A stretch of DNA of 64,000 nucleotides from Chloroflexota bacterium (lineage in GTDB: Bacteria > Chloroflexota > UBA11872 > VXOZ01), in NCBI GenBank assembly GCA_965221905.1, contig OZ244922.1:2656001-2720000 (forward strand), given 5' to 3'. Under the pieces are notes generated by a model. That model saw only the letters and a list, made by a program, of their open reading frames with translations, did not search any database and had not been told where the DNA came from. Shown piece by piece: positions 48,651 through 58,736 of the stretch. How positions within the stretch are numbered: the first letter of the stretch is position 1; the number at the start of each line of letters is the position of its first letter. The position numbers and the translations under genes are program-made.

Positions 48651-49922
48651 TCAGGCTTGTTGGTATTCACGCACGATGGAGCAGGCCTGGTTGACTACAG
48701 TCGCCACATCATCGCCGTCCACGAGAGCTTCTTCCAAATACCGGTTTGTACGCAGTTGCACCCCAGTCTGCGGCCAACCGCTTTCATGTTTCATAGACTG
48801 CTGTAGCGCGGTCACTTCTTCCGGTCGCAGGTCCTTCCGGGTCTCTCCTAGCATCGCTACCGCTTCTCTCTGTGCGGGCACAGTCACGTACTTCTGCATG
48901 ACGTTCGCCAGACCCCTCAGCGCTGAATACGCGGCCTCCGGGTTGGCGGTTCTCGCCGCAATCGCAATCCCGAAGTCTCCAAGCACCGGCACGGCGCGCA
49001 CCTTGCCGCGCGGGATCTCTGCCAGCCGGAAGTCGCCGTGGGACGGGCGCTTCGGGGCAAGACTGTAGACCATCGCCGGCGGCGTCCCCGACTCAAAGAT
49101 CAATTTCCCTAACTCTCTGTACAAAGCGGGCGAAACTCGATAGGTATGGAGTAGGTCGCGAAAGAACTGCAGGGCTTCAATCGCCGCCGGCTCCTGCAGC
49201 CGGCACTGCAACGTGTCCGGGTCTACCGCGTCCGCTTCGTTCTGCCAGAGCGCCCACCAGAGCCCATTGCTGTGTGTCGCCAGCCCCCAGCGCGCCACGG
49301 CGCCGTCTGCTCTCCGCTTCGTCAGCTTTGCCGCATTCGCCACCAGGGCATCCCAGTCCCAGTTGCTATCCACCGGCGGCACGCCCTCCCGCCGGAACTG
49401 TGCAGCATCATAGTAGAGCACCTGCGGGCGCACCCCTACCGGCAGGGCGTAGAGCGCGCCATTCGCTCGAAATTGGGAAAGTACATTGGGATAATACTCT
49501 TGCTCAATGTCAGGTCCATCGGTACCGCTGAACCGGTCCAGGGGCAAGAGTACCCCTCTTTCTCCTAGAGCCTGCGCATCATACGACGCCACCGTCACGA
49601 GGTCTGCTTCAAGGTCTTCCAGCAGTGCAGCATACTCATCCCAATGCGGAAACGTCCCGATTCGGCGCAGGGCAAGGCTGTAGCGGCCTTGTTCGAACCC
49701 ATAAGGATCATCTGCATCCTCTGCAAGCTCTGCCACTGCCTGTCGGTATTTCTCAAGAGGTCTCACCCCGTGTGTACCAGCGAGACTTGCAATCGAATCG
49801 GAGAACGCCAGATTCAAGCTTGTTTCTTGCAACGGGCCTGTCACCTTCGACTGAGAATCGAGGAAACCACAGCCCGTGGCGAGTAACGACGTGGCTATTA
49901 GCATGTTTCGGCGTGATAGCAT
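48651..49922 (-). CDS. Extracellular solute-binding Tat lipoprotein, copy 1
   Basis: SRR + LATGC lipobox; GVLLPLD, GALYALP, LYYD..F, W.WD.L...A.KLT family-1 SBP motifs. Confidence 0.85.
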   Translation of the reverse strand: MLSRRNMLIATSLLATGCGFLDSQSKVTGPLQETSLNLAFSDSIASLAGTHGVRPLEKYRQAVAELAEDADDPYGFEQGRYSLALRRIGTFPHWDEYAALLEDLEADLVTVASYDAQALGERGVLLPLDRFSGTDGPDIEQEYYPNVLSQFRANGALYALPVGVRPQVLYYDAAQFRREGVPPVDSNWDWDALVANAAKLTKRRADGAVARWGLATHSNGLWWALWQNEADAVDPDTLQCRLQEPAAIEALQFFRDLLHTYRVSPALYRELGKLIFESGTPPAMVYSLAPKRPSHGDFRLAEIPRGKVRAVPVLGDFGIAIAARTANPEAAYSALRGLANVMQKYVTVPAQREAVAMLGETRKDLRPEEVTALQQSMKHESGWPQTGVQLRTNRYLEEALVDGDDVATVVNQACSIVREYQQA

Positions 49923-50135
49923 CTTCTTGCTCCTTCTCAGCGCCGTTTCACTGCTTGTCTGCGGCAAACTTCCTCGCGCACGAACCAGGCGATCTTTCAA
50001 TTGAATTCTAGGTGCGTTTGGGCTTCTTGCGCCGGATAGCGGGGAACAAGCCCCCGCGCTGTGCTGGCTAGAGTGACAGTCTAGTGTTGACAAGGAGCAT
50101 CAGCCAAGGGTCGCCGTTTACTACCGAGCAGGGCT
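49923..50135. repeat. Spacer module type II with REP hairpin (50038-50062)
   Basis: Closely similar to 57205-57409. Confidence 0.8.
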
Positions 50136-51448
50136 TTAGGCTTGCTGGTTCTCGTAGAATACAGTGCAGCCTTGATTGACCGCGGAGGTCACGTCGTCGC
50201 CGCGTGCGAGCGCCTCTACCAAGCGGAACATGGCACGGCGCTGCGCTATGTCATCAGGTCTCCCACGTCCGTATTCCATTGACTGTTGTATCGCCGTGAC
50301 CTCTTCCGGCTGGAGGTTTGGCTGGATCTGCCCGAGCCGCGCCACCGCCTCGCGCTCGCTAGGTACTCTGACATGCGGTTGCATGGTCTTCACAAGTCCC
50401 CTGAGCGCCATGTAGGCCGCCTCGGGATTGGCGGTTTGCGCGGCAATCGCAATCCCTGGGTAGGGATTGACCTGCGTGCTTGGCACCTTGCCCCGGGGTA
50501 GCTCTGCTCTACGATACTTGGCGCCAATCGCGAGGTAAAGGACAGGAAAATATATCATAGCCGGTGGGGATTCCAATGCACCATAGACAAACCTGTCCAG
50601 ATCATTTCCGGCGGCCGCGGGCGAGACAACATGGGTGTGCATCAAATCCCAAATGTACTCTCTAGCGCTTTGACGGCGGCCGGTTCCTGCAATCGGCATT
50701 GCGACGTTAGCGCGTCAGCTACCTCCGCTTCGTTCTGCCACAGCGCCCACCAAATTGAATAATCGTGCGCTATCAACCCCCAGCGCGTTACCGTGCCGTC
50801 CTCCTCACGCTGCGTCAGCCGCAGCGCGTTCTCAACCAGGACGTCCCAGTCCCAGCTACCGTCCGGCGGGGCCACCCCCATGCTTTCGAAATAGTCCGCA
50901 TCGAAAGAGAGCATCAGCGGATCCGCGCCTACCGGCAGAGCGTAGAGCGCGCCCTTCTCACGGTAATAATCAAGGACAGACGAATAGTATTCGCCACTGA
51001 GCCCGGACCCATCGCCGCTGAACCGGTCCAGGGGCAGCAATGCGCCCCGCTCCCCTAAGGCGCGCGCTTCGTCATGCCACACGGTCACGAGGTCCGCGCC
51101 AATTTCGTTCAGCCAGGATGCCAAGTGCTCGGGCTTGTAGAACTCCTCCGCTTCGGGATCCGAGTAGGGACCCGCGTAGCGCTCAAAGTATTGCAGTGAC
51201 AGGCTGTAGCGCCCGCGCGTGGGACCGAAGGCGCTGTCACTGTCTTCTGCTAGAATCCGCTCTATCCGCCGAAGTTTTTCCTCAGGCGACGCCACAAGGT
51301 GCCCAGGACCGAGACCGGTTATTATGTGCGAAACCCAAGTCAATGGGGTAATCTTCGGAGCGCCCAGCACCGGAAATGGAATATCCAGCCCGCCACAGCC
51401 GGCCGCGAGAACTGCCGTACTTCCAATCAACGTTCGGCGTGATAGCAT
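50136..51448 (-). pseudogene. Solute-binding lipoprotein copy 2, frameshifted
   Basis: ORFs 50642-51448 and 50136-50699 join; CTAGAGAGTAC has an extra AG relative to in-frame CTA GAG TAC at ~50660. Confidence 0.8.
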
Positions 51449-51660
51449 GACTTCCTTCCTTGCCATGAATCCTACATTCTCAAGACTGCAGGGCGCTCCC
51501 TAGTGCATAGACCAGCCCACCTCCCAACAGCTATCCCAGTTGGTTCATGCTTCTTGCGCCAGGCAGCGGGGGACAAACCCCCGCGCTACGACTGGGGGAA
51601 TGGCGAGTTAGAGTTGGCAACGAGAACTAGCCAGTTCCCACGGCTAATTTTCGCTGACTC
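51449..51660. repeat. Spacer module type I with REP hairpin (51565-51589)
   Basis: GACTTCCTTCCTTGCC.TGAATCCTACATTCTCAAG...CCCCCGCGCTAC; repeated at 52942 and 55719. Confidence 0.85.
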
Positions 51661-52941
51661 TCACGTCCGCTGGTTCTCGTAGAGGGTGGAGCAGCCTTGG
51701 TTGACTGCGGAGGCCACGTCGTCGCCGCGCACGAGCGCCTCCACCAGGTCGTACATAGCGCGATGCTGGGCCGGATCATGCGGCTCCGCGCGACCGTGTT
51801 CCATCGACTGCTGTATCGCCGTGACTTCTTCCGGTAGGAGGTCTGACCGGATCTGCCCAAGCCGCGCCACCGCTTCTCTCTCAGCGGGAATATAGACATG
51901 TGGCTGCATAGCGTGCACGAGTCCCCTGAGAGCCGTGTAGGCTGCTTCCGGCTTGGCAGTTTGCGCGACAATCGCGATTCCCGGATCGGTCCTGACCGGC
52001 ACGCTGCGTACTTTGCCCACGGGTAGCTCTGCCCGGCGATAATGGTCATACGGTGGCCCAATGGGGACCGGGCGATACACCATCGCAGGCGGCACTTTCC
52101 ACTCCCATTCCGCAGGAGAGACGCGGTGGGTGTGTATCAGGCCGCGGACATAATCCAAGGCTTCGATCGCTGCCGGTTCCTGGAGCAGACATTGTGAGGT
52201 AAGCGGGTCAATCATCTCGGTTTCGTTCTGCCAAAGCGCCCACCAAACAGAAAAGCCGTGTGCTGCCAGCCCCCAGCGCGACACTGTCCCGTCCTCCTCC
52301 CGCTGTGTCAGCTTGAGCGCGTTTTCCAGCAGGTCGTCCCAGTCCCAGCTACTGTCCGGCGGCACTACTCCCACCTGCGCAAAGTAGTCAACATCGTAGT
52401 AGAGCATCTGTGGGCCAGCGCCTATTGGCAGGGCGTAAAGCGCGCCGCTCTCTCGATTCGGATCAAGTACAGACGAGTAGAACTCCCCATTGAACCCAGA
52501 GCCATCGCCGCTGAACCGGTCCAAAGGCAGCAAGACGCCCATCTCCCCGAGCGCGCGCGCCTCGTCAGGCCACACGGTCACGAGATCTACGTCTACTTCA
52601 TCCAGCCACGCCGCCAAGTGCTCCACTTTGCGGAACTCCTGCGCAGCGGGATCAGAGTAGGATCCTGCGTAGCGCTCAACGTATTGCAGGGCAAGGCTGT
52701 AGCGCCCGCGCATGGGACCGAAGGGGTTTTCATCGTCATCCGCCAGTTTCCGCTCCATCCGTCGAAGCTTTTCCTCAGGCGGAAAGATACCGGGCCCAGT
52801 GCTGAAACCGGGAAGCGCGCGAGAGACCCAGGTCAATGGAGTGACCTTCGGAGTGCCTAGCTCTGGAAAGGAAAAATCCAGCCCGCCGCAGCCGGCCACC
52901 AGCACCGCTGTGCTTCCTATAAGCGTTCGGCGTGAAAGCAT
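51661..52941 (-). CDS. Extracellular solute-binding Tat lipoprotein, copy 3
   Basis: MLSRRTL..LVAGC, same SBP motifs, GGAAGGAAG RBS. Confidence 0.87.
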   Translation of the reverse strand: MLSRRTLIGSTAVLVAGCGGLDFSFPELGTPKVTPLTWVSRALPGFSTGPGIFPPEEKLRRMERKLADDDENPFGPMRGRYSLALQYVERYAGSYSDPAAQEFRKVEHLAAWLDEVDVDLVTVWPDEARALGEMGVLLPLDRFSGDGSGFNGEFYSSVLDPNRESGALYALPIGAGPQMLYYDVDYFAQVGVVPPDSSWDWDDLLENALKLTQREEDGTVSRWGLAAHGFSVWWALWQNETEMIDPLTSQCLLQEPAAIEALDYVRGLIHTHRVSPAEWEWKVPPAMVYRPVPIGPPYDHYRRAELPVGKVRSVPVRTDPGIAIVAQTAKPEAAYTALRGLVHAMQPHVYIPAEREAVARLGQIRSDLLPEEVTAIQQSMEHGRAEPHDPAQHRAMYDLVEALVRGDDVASAVNQGCSTLYENQRT

Positions 52942-53155
52942 GACTTCCTTCCTTGCCGTGAATCCTACATTCTCAAGACTGCAGGGCGCTCCCTAGTGCA
53001 TAAACCAGTCCACCTCTCAACAGCTTTCCCAGTGGGTTTACGCTTCTTGCGCCTGGAAGCGGGGGACAGGCCCCCGCGCTACGATTGGTGAAATGGCGGG
53101 CTAGTGTCGACAATCAGAATTAGCCAAGGAATCACGTCTACTCCCGTGCCTGTCC
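52942..53155. repeat. Spacer module type I with REP hairpin (53058-53082)
   Basis: Direct repeat of 51449-51660 and 55719-55932. Confidence 0.85.
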
Positions 53156-54466
53156 TCAGGCTTGTTGGTATTCACGCACGATGGAGCAGGCTTGATTCAC
53201 TGCAGTAGCAACATCGTCACCGCGTACGAGACCCTGAAGTGCTGAATCCATCGCAAATAACGCCGGGGCGCTTCGCGGCTGGGCGCGACCATGCTCCATG
53301 GACTGCTGAATCGCCAGGACCTCTTCAGTATGAAGGTCTGACCGTAATTCCTCGAGCCGTGCTACCGCATTTCTCTTTGCGGGAATTACCACATGCTGCT
53401 GCAAAGCGTCGACAAGACCCTTTAGTGCAATGTAGGCCGCCTCTGGCTTCTGTGTGCGCGCGACAATGCCAATCCCTAGGTCACCGTACACTGGAACGCT
53501 GTGCACTTTCCCCTGAGGCAACTTTGCTAGGTGGTAGTGTCCCGGCGGGCGTATGGGAGGACTGCTATACACCATGGCTGGCGCGAACCTTGCCGGCTCA
53601 AGAACGAGTTTCACTAAATCCATGTAGAGGAGCGCAGGAGAAACACGATGAGTGTGCAGCAGGCTGTGCACGAACTGCAGGGCTTCGACGGCGACCGGTT
53701 CCTGCAGCCGGCACCGCATCGTCTCCAGGTCAACCACGTCCGCCTCGTTCTGCCACAACGCCCACCAGAGTTGACTTCCATGCGCTGCCAACCCCCAGCG
53801 CAAGACTGAGCCATCCGCCCTTCGCTTTGTCAGCTTTAGCGCGCTTTCAACGAGATCATGCCAGTCCCAGATGCTGTCTACTGGCGGGGCAACATCCTCC
53901 AGCGCAAAGTAATCAACATCGTAGTAGAGCATCAGCGGACGTGCGTCGACCGGCAGGGCGTAGAGCGCCCCTTGCCGAAACTGCTCGAGCACACTTGGGT
54001 AGAATGCCTGTTCAAGGGCAAAGCTGTCGGATGAAATTAGCTGGTCTAGAGGCAGCAACACGCCTTCTTCCCCTAGCGCCCTTGCCCCCTCCGGTCCCAC
54101 AGTTACGAGGTCTGCCCCAAGATCGTGCAGCCATTGAACGAACTCTCCCTCGGCCAATTCCGGCAACTGTTCCACGTGGCGCAAAGTGAGGCGGTACTTT
54201 CCACGCTTCTGACCATAAGGGTTCTCTTCATCCTCCTCAAGGGCAGATACGGCCTCTTGGTATTTCTCCACAGGGCGGAGGCCTGCAATGGGATTCATAA
54301 GGCCAGGGAACCAGCTAAAGGTCACCCAGGTTAGCTCCGCCTCTTGTGGTGAGCTTGGCGCGGAAAAGAATGACCCAAGAGGACCACAACTGGCTGCGAG
54401 CACCGACGCGCCTCCGATCATGGTTCGGCGTGTTAGCCTGATTCTCCGGCGAAGTTCCATAGTCAC
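53156..54466 (-). CDS. Extracellular solute-binding Tat lipoprotein, copy 4
   Basis: LTRRTM..LAASC; GTG start overlaps stop of copy 5; same SBP motifs. Confidence 0.85.
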   Translation of the reverse strand: MTMELRRRIRLTRRTMIGGASVLAASCGPLGSFFSAPSSPQEAELTWVTFSWFPGLMNPIAGLRPVEKYQEAVSALEEDEENPYGQKRGKYRLTLRHVEQLPELAEGEFVQWLHDLGADLVTVGPEGARALGEEGVLLPLDQLISSDSFALEQAFYPSVLEQFRQGALYALPVDARPLMLYYDVDYFALEDVAPPVDSIWDWHDLVESALKLTKRRADGSVLRWGLAAHGSQLWWALWQNEADVVDLETMRCRLQEPVAVEALQFVHSLLHTHRVSPALLYMDLVKLVLEPARFAPAMVYSSPPIRPPGHYHLAKLPQGKVHSVPVYGDLGIGIVARTQKPEAAYIALKGLVDALQQHVVIPAKRNAVARLEELRSDLHTEEVLAIQQSMEHGRAQPRSAPALFAMDSALQGLVRGDDVATAVNQACSIVREYQQA

Positions 54467-55718
54467 CCACCCGATGGACCACCTGTTTGCTGGTACTCCC
54501 GCAAAACGGAACAGGCCTGGTTGACCACGGTTGAAACGTCTTCGCCCCGTACCAGACCCTCTGCTATCGCACTCATGGCGTACAACTCCGGCTTGCCTTG
54601 CGGCAGTCGCGGCATCTCCCGTTCAGCCGCCATGGAACGCTGAATTGCCTGGATTTCGTCGGAGCGGATGCCGGGCTGAAATTCTCCGAGCCGTTCGATT
54701 CCGTCCCTGGTTGCGGGCACGGTGGCATGCCGCTGCATGGCGTGCACCAGACCCTGGAGGGCCGTATAGGCCGTCTCAGGACTTTGTGTTCCCGCGGCGA
54801 TAGCAAGCCCAACGCCTGCCCTCACCGGCACGGCCTGCGTCTTGCCTTGGGGAATCTGAGCCAAACCGTACGAGCCAAAACTCGGGCGCAGCGGCGGGTT
54901 ATTGTAGACCATAGCCGGTGGCGGGGTCACCTTCATCAAATCCATGCCGAGAGCAAGTGGCGACACCTGCAAGGTGTGCAGGAGTTTCCACACAAATTGC
55001 AGCGCTTCGATTGCGGCCGGTTCCTGCAAACGACACTGCAACGCTGCCGGGTCCGCTACGTCCGCATCGTTTTGCCACAGCGCCCACCAGAGCTTACTAT
55101 GCGCCCGCAATCCCCAACGCCGCACTACGCCGTCTTGCCCGCGATTAGTTAGCTTCGCCGCATTTTCTGCCAGTTCGTCCCAGCCCCAACTGCTGTCAAC
55201 CGGCGGCACTCCCCGCTGTGCGAAATACACTCTGTCGTAATAGACCATCACGGGCAAGGCGCTAACCGGCAGCGCATAGAGCGCCCCTTGCGCCCGAAAC
55301 TGATTCAGTACCCCCGGAAAGAACACCGCGTTGAGCGCACTTTCATTGGCGTCGCTGAACCGATCCAGAGCATGCAACACCCCCATTTCCCCAGTAACCT
55401 TGCCTCCTCCACGGACACTGTGAGCAGGTCCGCCTTGAGCTCGTGCCATGCATCCACGTCGTCCCAGCGGGGCGCCTGCTGTATAGCGCGAACTTGGAGA
55501 CGGTAACGCCCGCCCGGCGGGCCAAGCGGATTCGCTGGGTCTTCATTTAGGGCGTCGACTATTTGCTGCTGATTGCCAATGCCGAGGAATGGCCTCCAGA
55601 CCCACACGAGCTCAGTCTCGTGGAGCGTGACCGGTCCGGACACTAGCGACTCAAGCTGACCGCAGCCAACGGCACATAGGGCTGCCGCGCTGACTGTCAA
55701 CGCTCGGCGTGAAAGCAT
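54463..55718 (-). pseudogene. Solute-binding lipoprotein copy 5, frameshifted
   Basis: ORFs 55305-55718 and 54463-55449 join; G4 run at 55389-55392 (minus) is one G short of CTG GGG GAA ATG. Confidence 0.8.
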
Positions 55719-55932
55719 GACTTCCTTCCTTGCCGTGAATCCTACATTCTCAAGTCTGCAGCGTGCTCCCTAGACCAATAACCAGTTCACCTCTCAACAG
55801 CTTTTCCAGTGGGTTTACGCTGCTTGCGCCAGGAAGCGGGGGACAAGCCCCCGCGCTACGATTGGTGAATTGGCGGGATTGTGTCGACAACGAAAATTAG
55901 CCAAGGATTCACGTATACTCCCGTGCCGGTCC
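55719..55932. repeat. Spacer module type I with REP hairpin (55835-55859)
   Basis: Direct repeat of 52942-53155. Confidence 0.85.
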
Positions 55933-57204
55933 TCAGGCTTGTTGGTATTCACGCACGATGGAGCACGCTTGGTTGACTACAGTCGCCACATCATCGCCGT
56001 TCACGAGAGCTTCAACTAAATATCTATCTGCACGTAATTGCACCCCTGTTTGCGGCCAACCGCTTTCATGTTTCATAGACTGCTGTAGCGCGGTCACTTC
56101 TTCCGGTCGCAGGTCCTTCCGGGTCTCTCCTAGCATCGCTACCGCTTCTCTCTGTGCGGGCACAGTCACGTACTTCTGCATGACGTTCGCCAGACCCCTC
56201 AGCGCTGAATACGCGGCCTCCGGGTTGGCGGTTCTCGCCGCAATCGCAATCCCGAAGTCTCCAAGCACCGGCACGGCGCGCACCTTGCCGCGCGGGATCT
56301 CTGCCAGCCGGAAGTCGCCGTGGGACGGGCGCTTCGGGGCAAGACTGTAGACCATCGCCGGCGGCGTCCCCGACTCAAAGATCAATGTCCCTAACTCTCT
56401 GTACAAAGCAGGCGAAACTCGATAGGTATGGAGTAGGTCGCGAAAGAACTGCAGGGCTTCAGTCGCCGCCGGCTCCTGCAACCGGCACCGCAACGTGTCC
56501 GGATCTACCACGTCCGCTTCGTTCTGCCAAAGCGCCCACCAGAGCCCATAGTTGTGAGTCGCCAGCCCCCAGCGCGCCACGGCGCCGTCTGCTCTCCGCT
56601 TCGTCAGCTTTGCCGCATTCGCCACCAGGGCATCCCAGTCCCAGTTGCTATCCACCGGCGGCACGCCCTCCCGCCGGAACTGTGCAGCATCATAGTAGAG
56701 CACCTGCGGGCGCACCCCTACCGGCAGGGCGTAGAGCGCGCCATTCGCTCGAAACTGGTCGAGCACATTGGGATAATACTCTTGCTCAATGTCAGGTCCA
56801 TCGGTACCGCTGAACCGGTCCAGGGGCAAGAGCACCCCTCTTTCTCCTAGAGCCTGCGCGCCATACGACCCCACCGTCACGAGGTCCGCTTCAAGGTCTT
56901 CCAGCAGTGCTGCATACTCATCCAAACCCGGCCACGTACCGACTCGCCGCAGGGTAAGGCTATAGCGGCCTTGTTCGAACCCATAAGGATCATCTGCATC
57001 CTCTGCAAGTTCTGCCACTGCTTGCCGATATTTCTCAAGAGGTCTCACCCCGTGTGTGCCAGTGAGACTTGCAATCGCATCGGAAAACGCCAGATTCAAG
57101 CTTGTTTCTTGCAACGGGCCTGTCACCTTCGCCTGAGACTCGAGAAAGCCGCAGCCAGCGGCAAGCGCCGCTGTACTTCCAATCAGCGTTCGGCGTGAAA
57201 GCAT
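55933..57204 (-). CDS. Extracellular solute-binding Tat lipoprotein, copy 6 (near-identical to copy 1)
   Basis: MLSRRTL..LAAGC; long identical stretches with 48651-49922. Confidence 0.87.
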   Translation of the reverse strand: MLSRRTLIGSTAALAAGCGFLESQAKVTGPLQETSLNLAFSDAIASLTGTHGVRPLEKYRQAVAELAEDADDPYGFEQGRYSLTLRRVGTWPGLDEYAALLEDLEADLVTVGSYGAQALGERGVLLPLDRFSGTDGPDIEQEYYPNVLDQFRANGALYALPVGVRPQVLYYDAAQFRREGVPPVDSNWDWDALVANAAKLTKRRADGAVARWGLATHNYGLWWALWQNEADVVDPDTLRCRLQEPAATEALQFFRDLLHTYRVSPALYRELGTLIFESGTPPAMVYSLAPKRPSHGDFRLAEIPRGKVRAVPVLGDFGIAIAARTANPEAAYSALRGLANVMQKYVTVPAQREAVAMLGETRKDLRPEEVTALQQSMKHESGWPQTGVQLRADRYLVEALVNGDDVATVVNQACSIVREYQQA

Positions 57205-57409
57205 CTTCCTGCTCCTTCTCGGTGCCGCTTCTTCTCTTGTCCGCGGCGTACTTCCTCGCGTACGAACCAAGCGATCTCTCAAGGGAATCCTAAGTGAGTT
57301 TGGGCTTCTTGCGACGGATGGCGGGAGGGGGGGGGGGACAAGCCCCCGCGCTGCGCTGGCTAGGATGACAGTTTAGTGTTGACAAGGAGCATCAGCCAAC
57401 GGTCGCCGT
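57205..57409. repeat. Spacer module type II with REP hairpin (57321-57354, expanded poly-G)
   Basis: Closely similar to 49923-50135. Confidence 0.8.
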
Positions 57410-58675
57410 TTACTCCTGCGTCTTCCCACCTGTTTGCTGGTACTCACGCAAGAGGGAACAGGCCTGGTTGACGACCGTCGACACGTCGTCACCGCGCACA
57501 ATTCCCTCTACTAGTGCTGCCATGGTGTAGAGTTCCGGCGCGCCCTGCGGCATACGTGGCATCTCGCGTTCGGCTTCCATTGACCTTTGAATTGCCGTCA
57601 CTTCCTCCGGCCTCAATCCCTTTTGGAACTCCCCAAGCCTTTCAATTGCTTCTCTCGCTGCGGGCACAGCGGCATGCCGTTGCATGGCATGCACCAGACC
57701 CTTCAGCGCCGTGAAGGCTACATCAGGCTTCTCAGTATTTGCGGCAATACCGACTCCCACGCCCGCCCTCACGGGTACAGCACGCACTTTGCCATGAGGG
57801 ATCTCTGCCAAGCGGTAGGAGCCATAATTCGGACGTAAAGGGGGATTTGTATAGACTATGGCTGGCGGCGGAGTCATCCTCACTAAGTCCATATTGAGAA
57901 GGGGAGGCGAAACTCGGTCTCTATGCAGTAGCCCGCTCACGAATTGAATGGCTTCTACAGCGGCTGGTTCTTGAAGCCGACACTGCAATGTTCGACTGTC
58001 AACCATCGCCGCTTCGTTCTGCCACAATGCCCACCAGATTTGACTATGTGCCGACAATCCCCAACGCCGCACGACGCCATCTTCCCCACGATCAGTCAGT
58101 TTCATCGCGTGGCGTGCAAGCTCATCCCAACTCCAATTCCCCTGCACTGGCGAAACCTGCTTCAGGGCAAAGTAGTCAACGTCGTAGTACACCATCAATG
58201 GCAATGCACTTGCGGGCAGCGCGTAGAGCGAGCCCTGTGCCTGAAACTGATTGAGCACACCCGGAAAGAAGGCCGAGTTGAGCGCAGCCCTATCAGTGCC
58301 ACTGAACCGCTCCAGTGGCAGCAGCACTCCGTTCTCCCCCAATACCTTCGCCTCTTCCGCCGACACGGTTAGCAAGTCCGCCTCAAGACCGCGCCATGCA
58401 TTTAGATCATCCCAGCTTGGCGCAAGAGCCAAGTTGCGCAGCTTAAGTCGGTAGCGTCCCCGCTGTGAGCCTTCAGGGTTCTCATCGTCTGCGGCGAGCG
58501 TAGCAATTATCTGCTGCGGATCATCAAGTCCAACTAGCCGCCGCGAGACCCAGGTAAGTTCAGTCTCTTTGGGCACGCTCGGCCCGGAAATAAGTGACTC
58601 GAGTGGGCCGCAGCCGACAGCAGCAAACGCCGAAGCGCTGGCCATCATTACTCGGCGTGAGAGCATAGTATTCAT
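57410..58675 (-). CDS. Extracellular solute-binding Tat lipoprotein, copy 7 (first transcribed)
   Basis: MLSRRVM..AVGC; same SBP motifs; closest to copy 5. Confidence 0.87.
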   Translation of the reverse strand: MNTMLSRRVMMASASAFAAVGCGPLESLISGPSVPKETELTWVSRRLVGLDDPQQIIATLAADDENPEGSQRGRYRLKLRNLALAPSWDDLNAWRGLEADLLTVSAEEAKVLGENGVLLPLERFSGTDRAALNSAFFPGVLNQFQAQGSLYALPASALPLMVYYDVDYFALKQVSPVQGNWSWDELARHAMKLTDRGEDGVVRRWGLSAHSQIWWALWQNEAAMVDSRTLQCRLQEPAAVEAIQFVSGLLHRDRVSPPLLNMDLVRMTPPPAIVYTNPPLRPNYGSYRLAEIPHGKVRAVPVRAGVGVGIAANTEKPDVAFTALKGLVHAMQRHAAVPAAREAIERLGEFQKGLRPEEVTAIQRSMEAEREMPRMPQGAPELYTMAALVEGIVRGDDVSTVVNQACSLLREYQQTGGKTQE

Positions 58676-58736
58676 CCTAGATTTACGGTTTTGGATTCTT
58701 GCTGCATCCTTTCATCCGATTCGCAGCCAAGAAACC

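Noticed and set aside
48590-57409. CRISPR array suggested by regularly recurring hairpin repeats
   Set aside because: Repeats are over 1.4 kb apart with whole genes between them, and no cas genes are present; they are REP-containing spacers.
48651-58675. Integron cassette array or diversity-generating retroelement
   Set aside because: No integrase, reverse transcriptase or attC-type ends; differences between copies are not adenine-specific.
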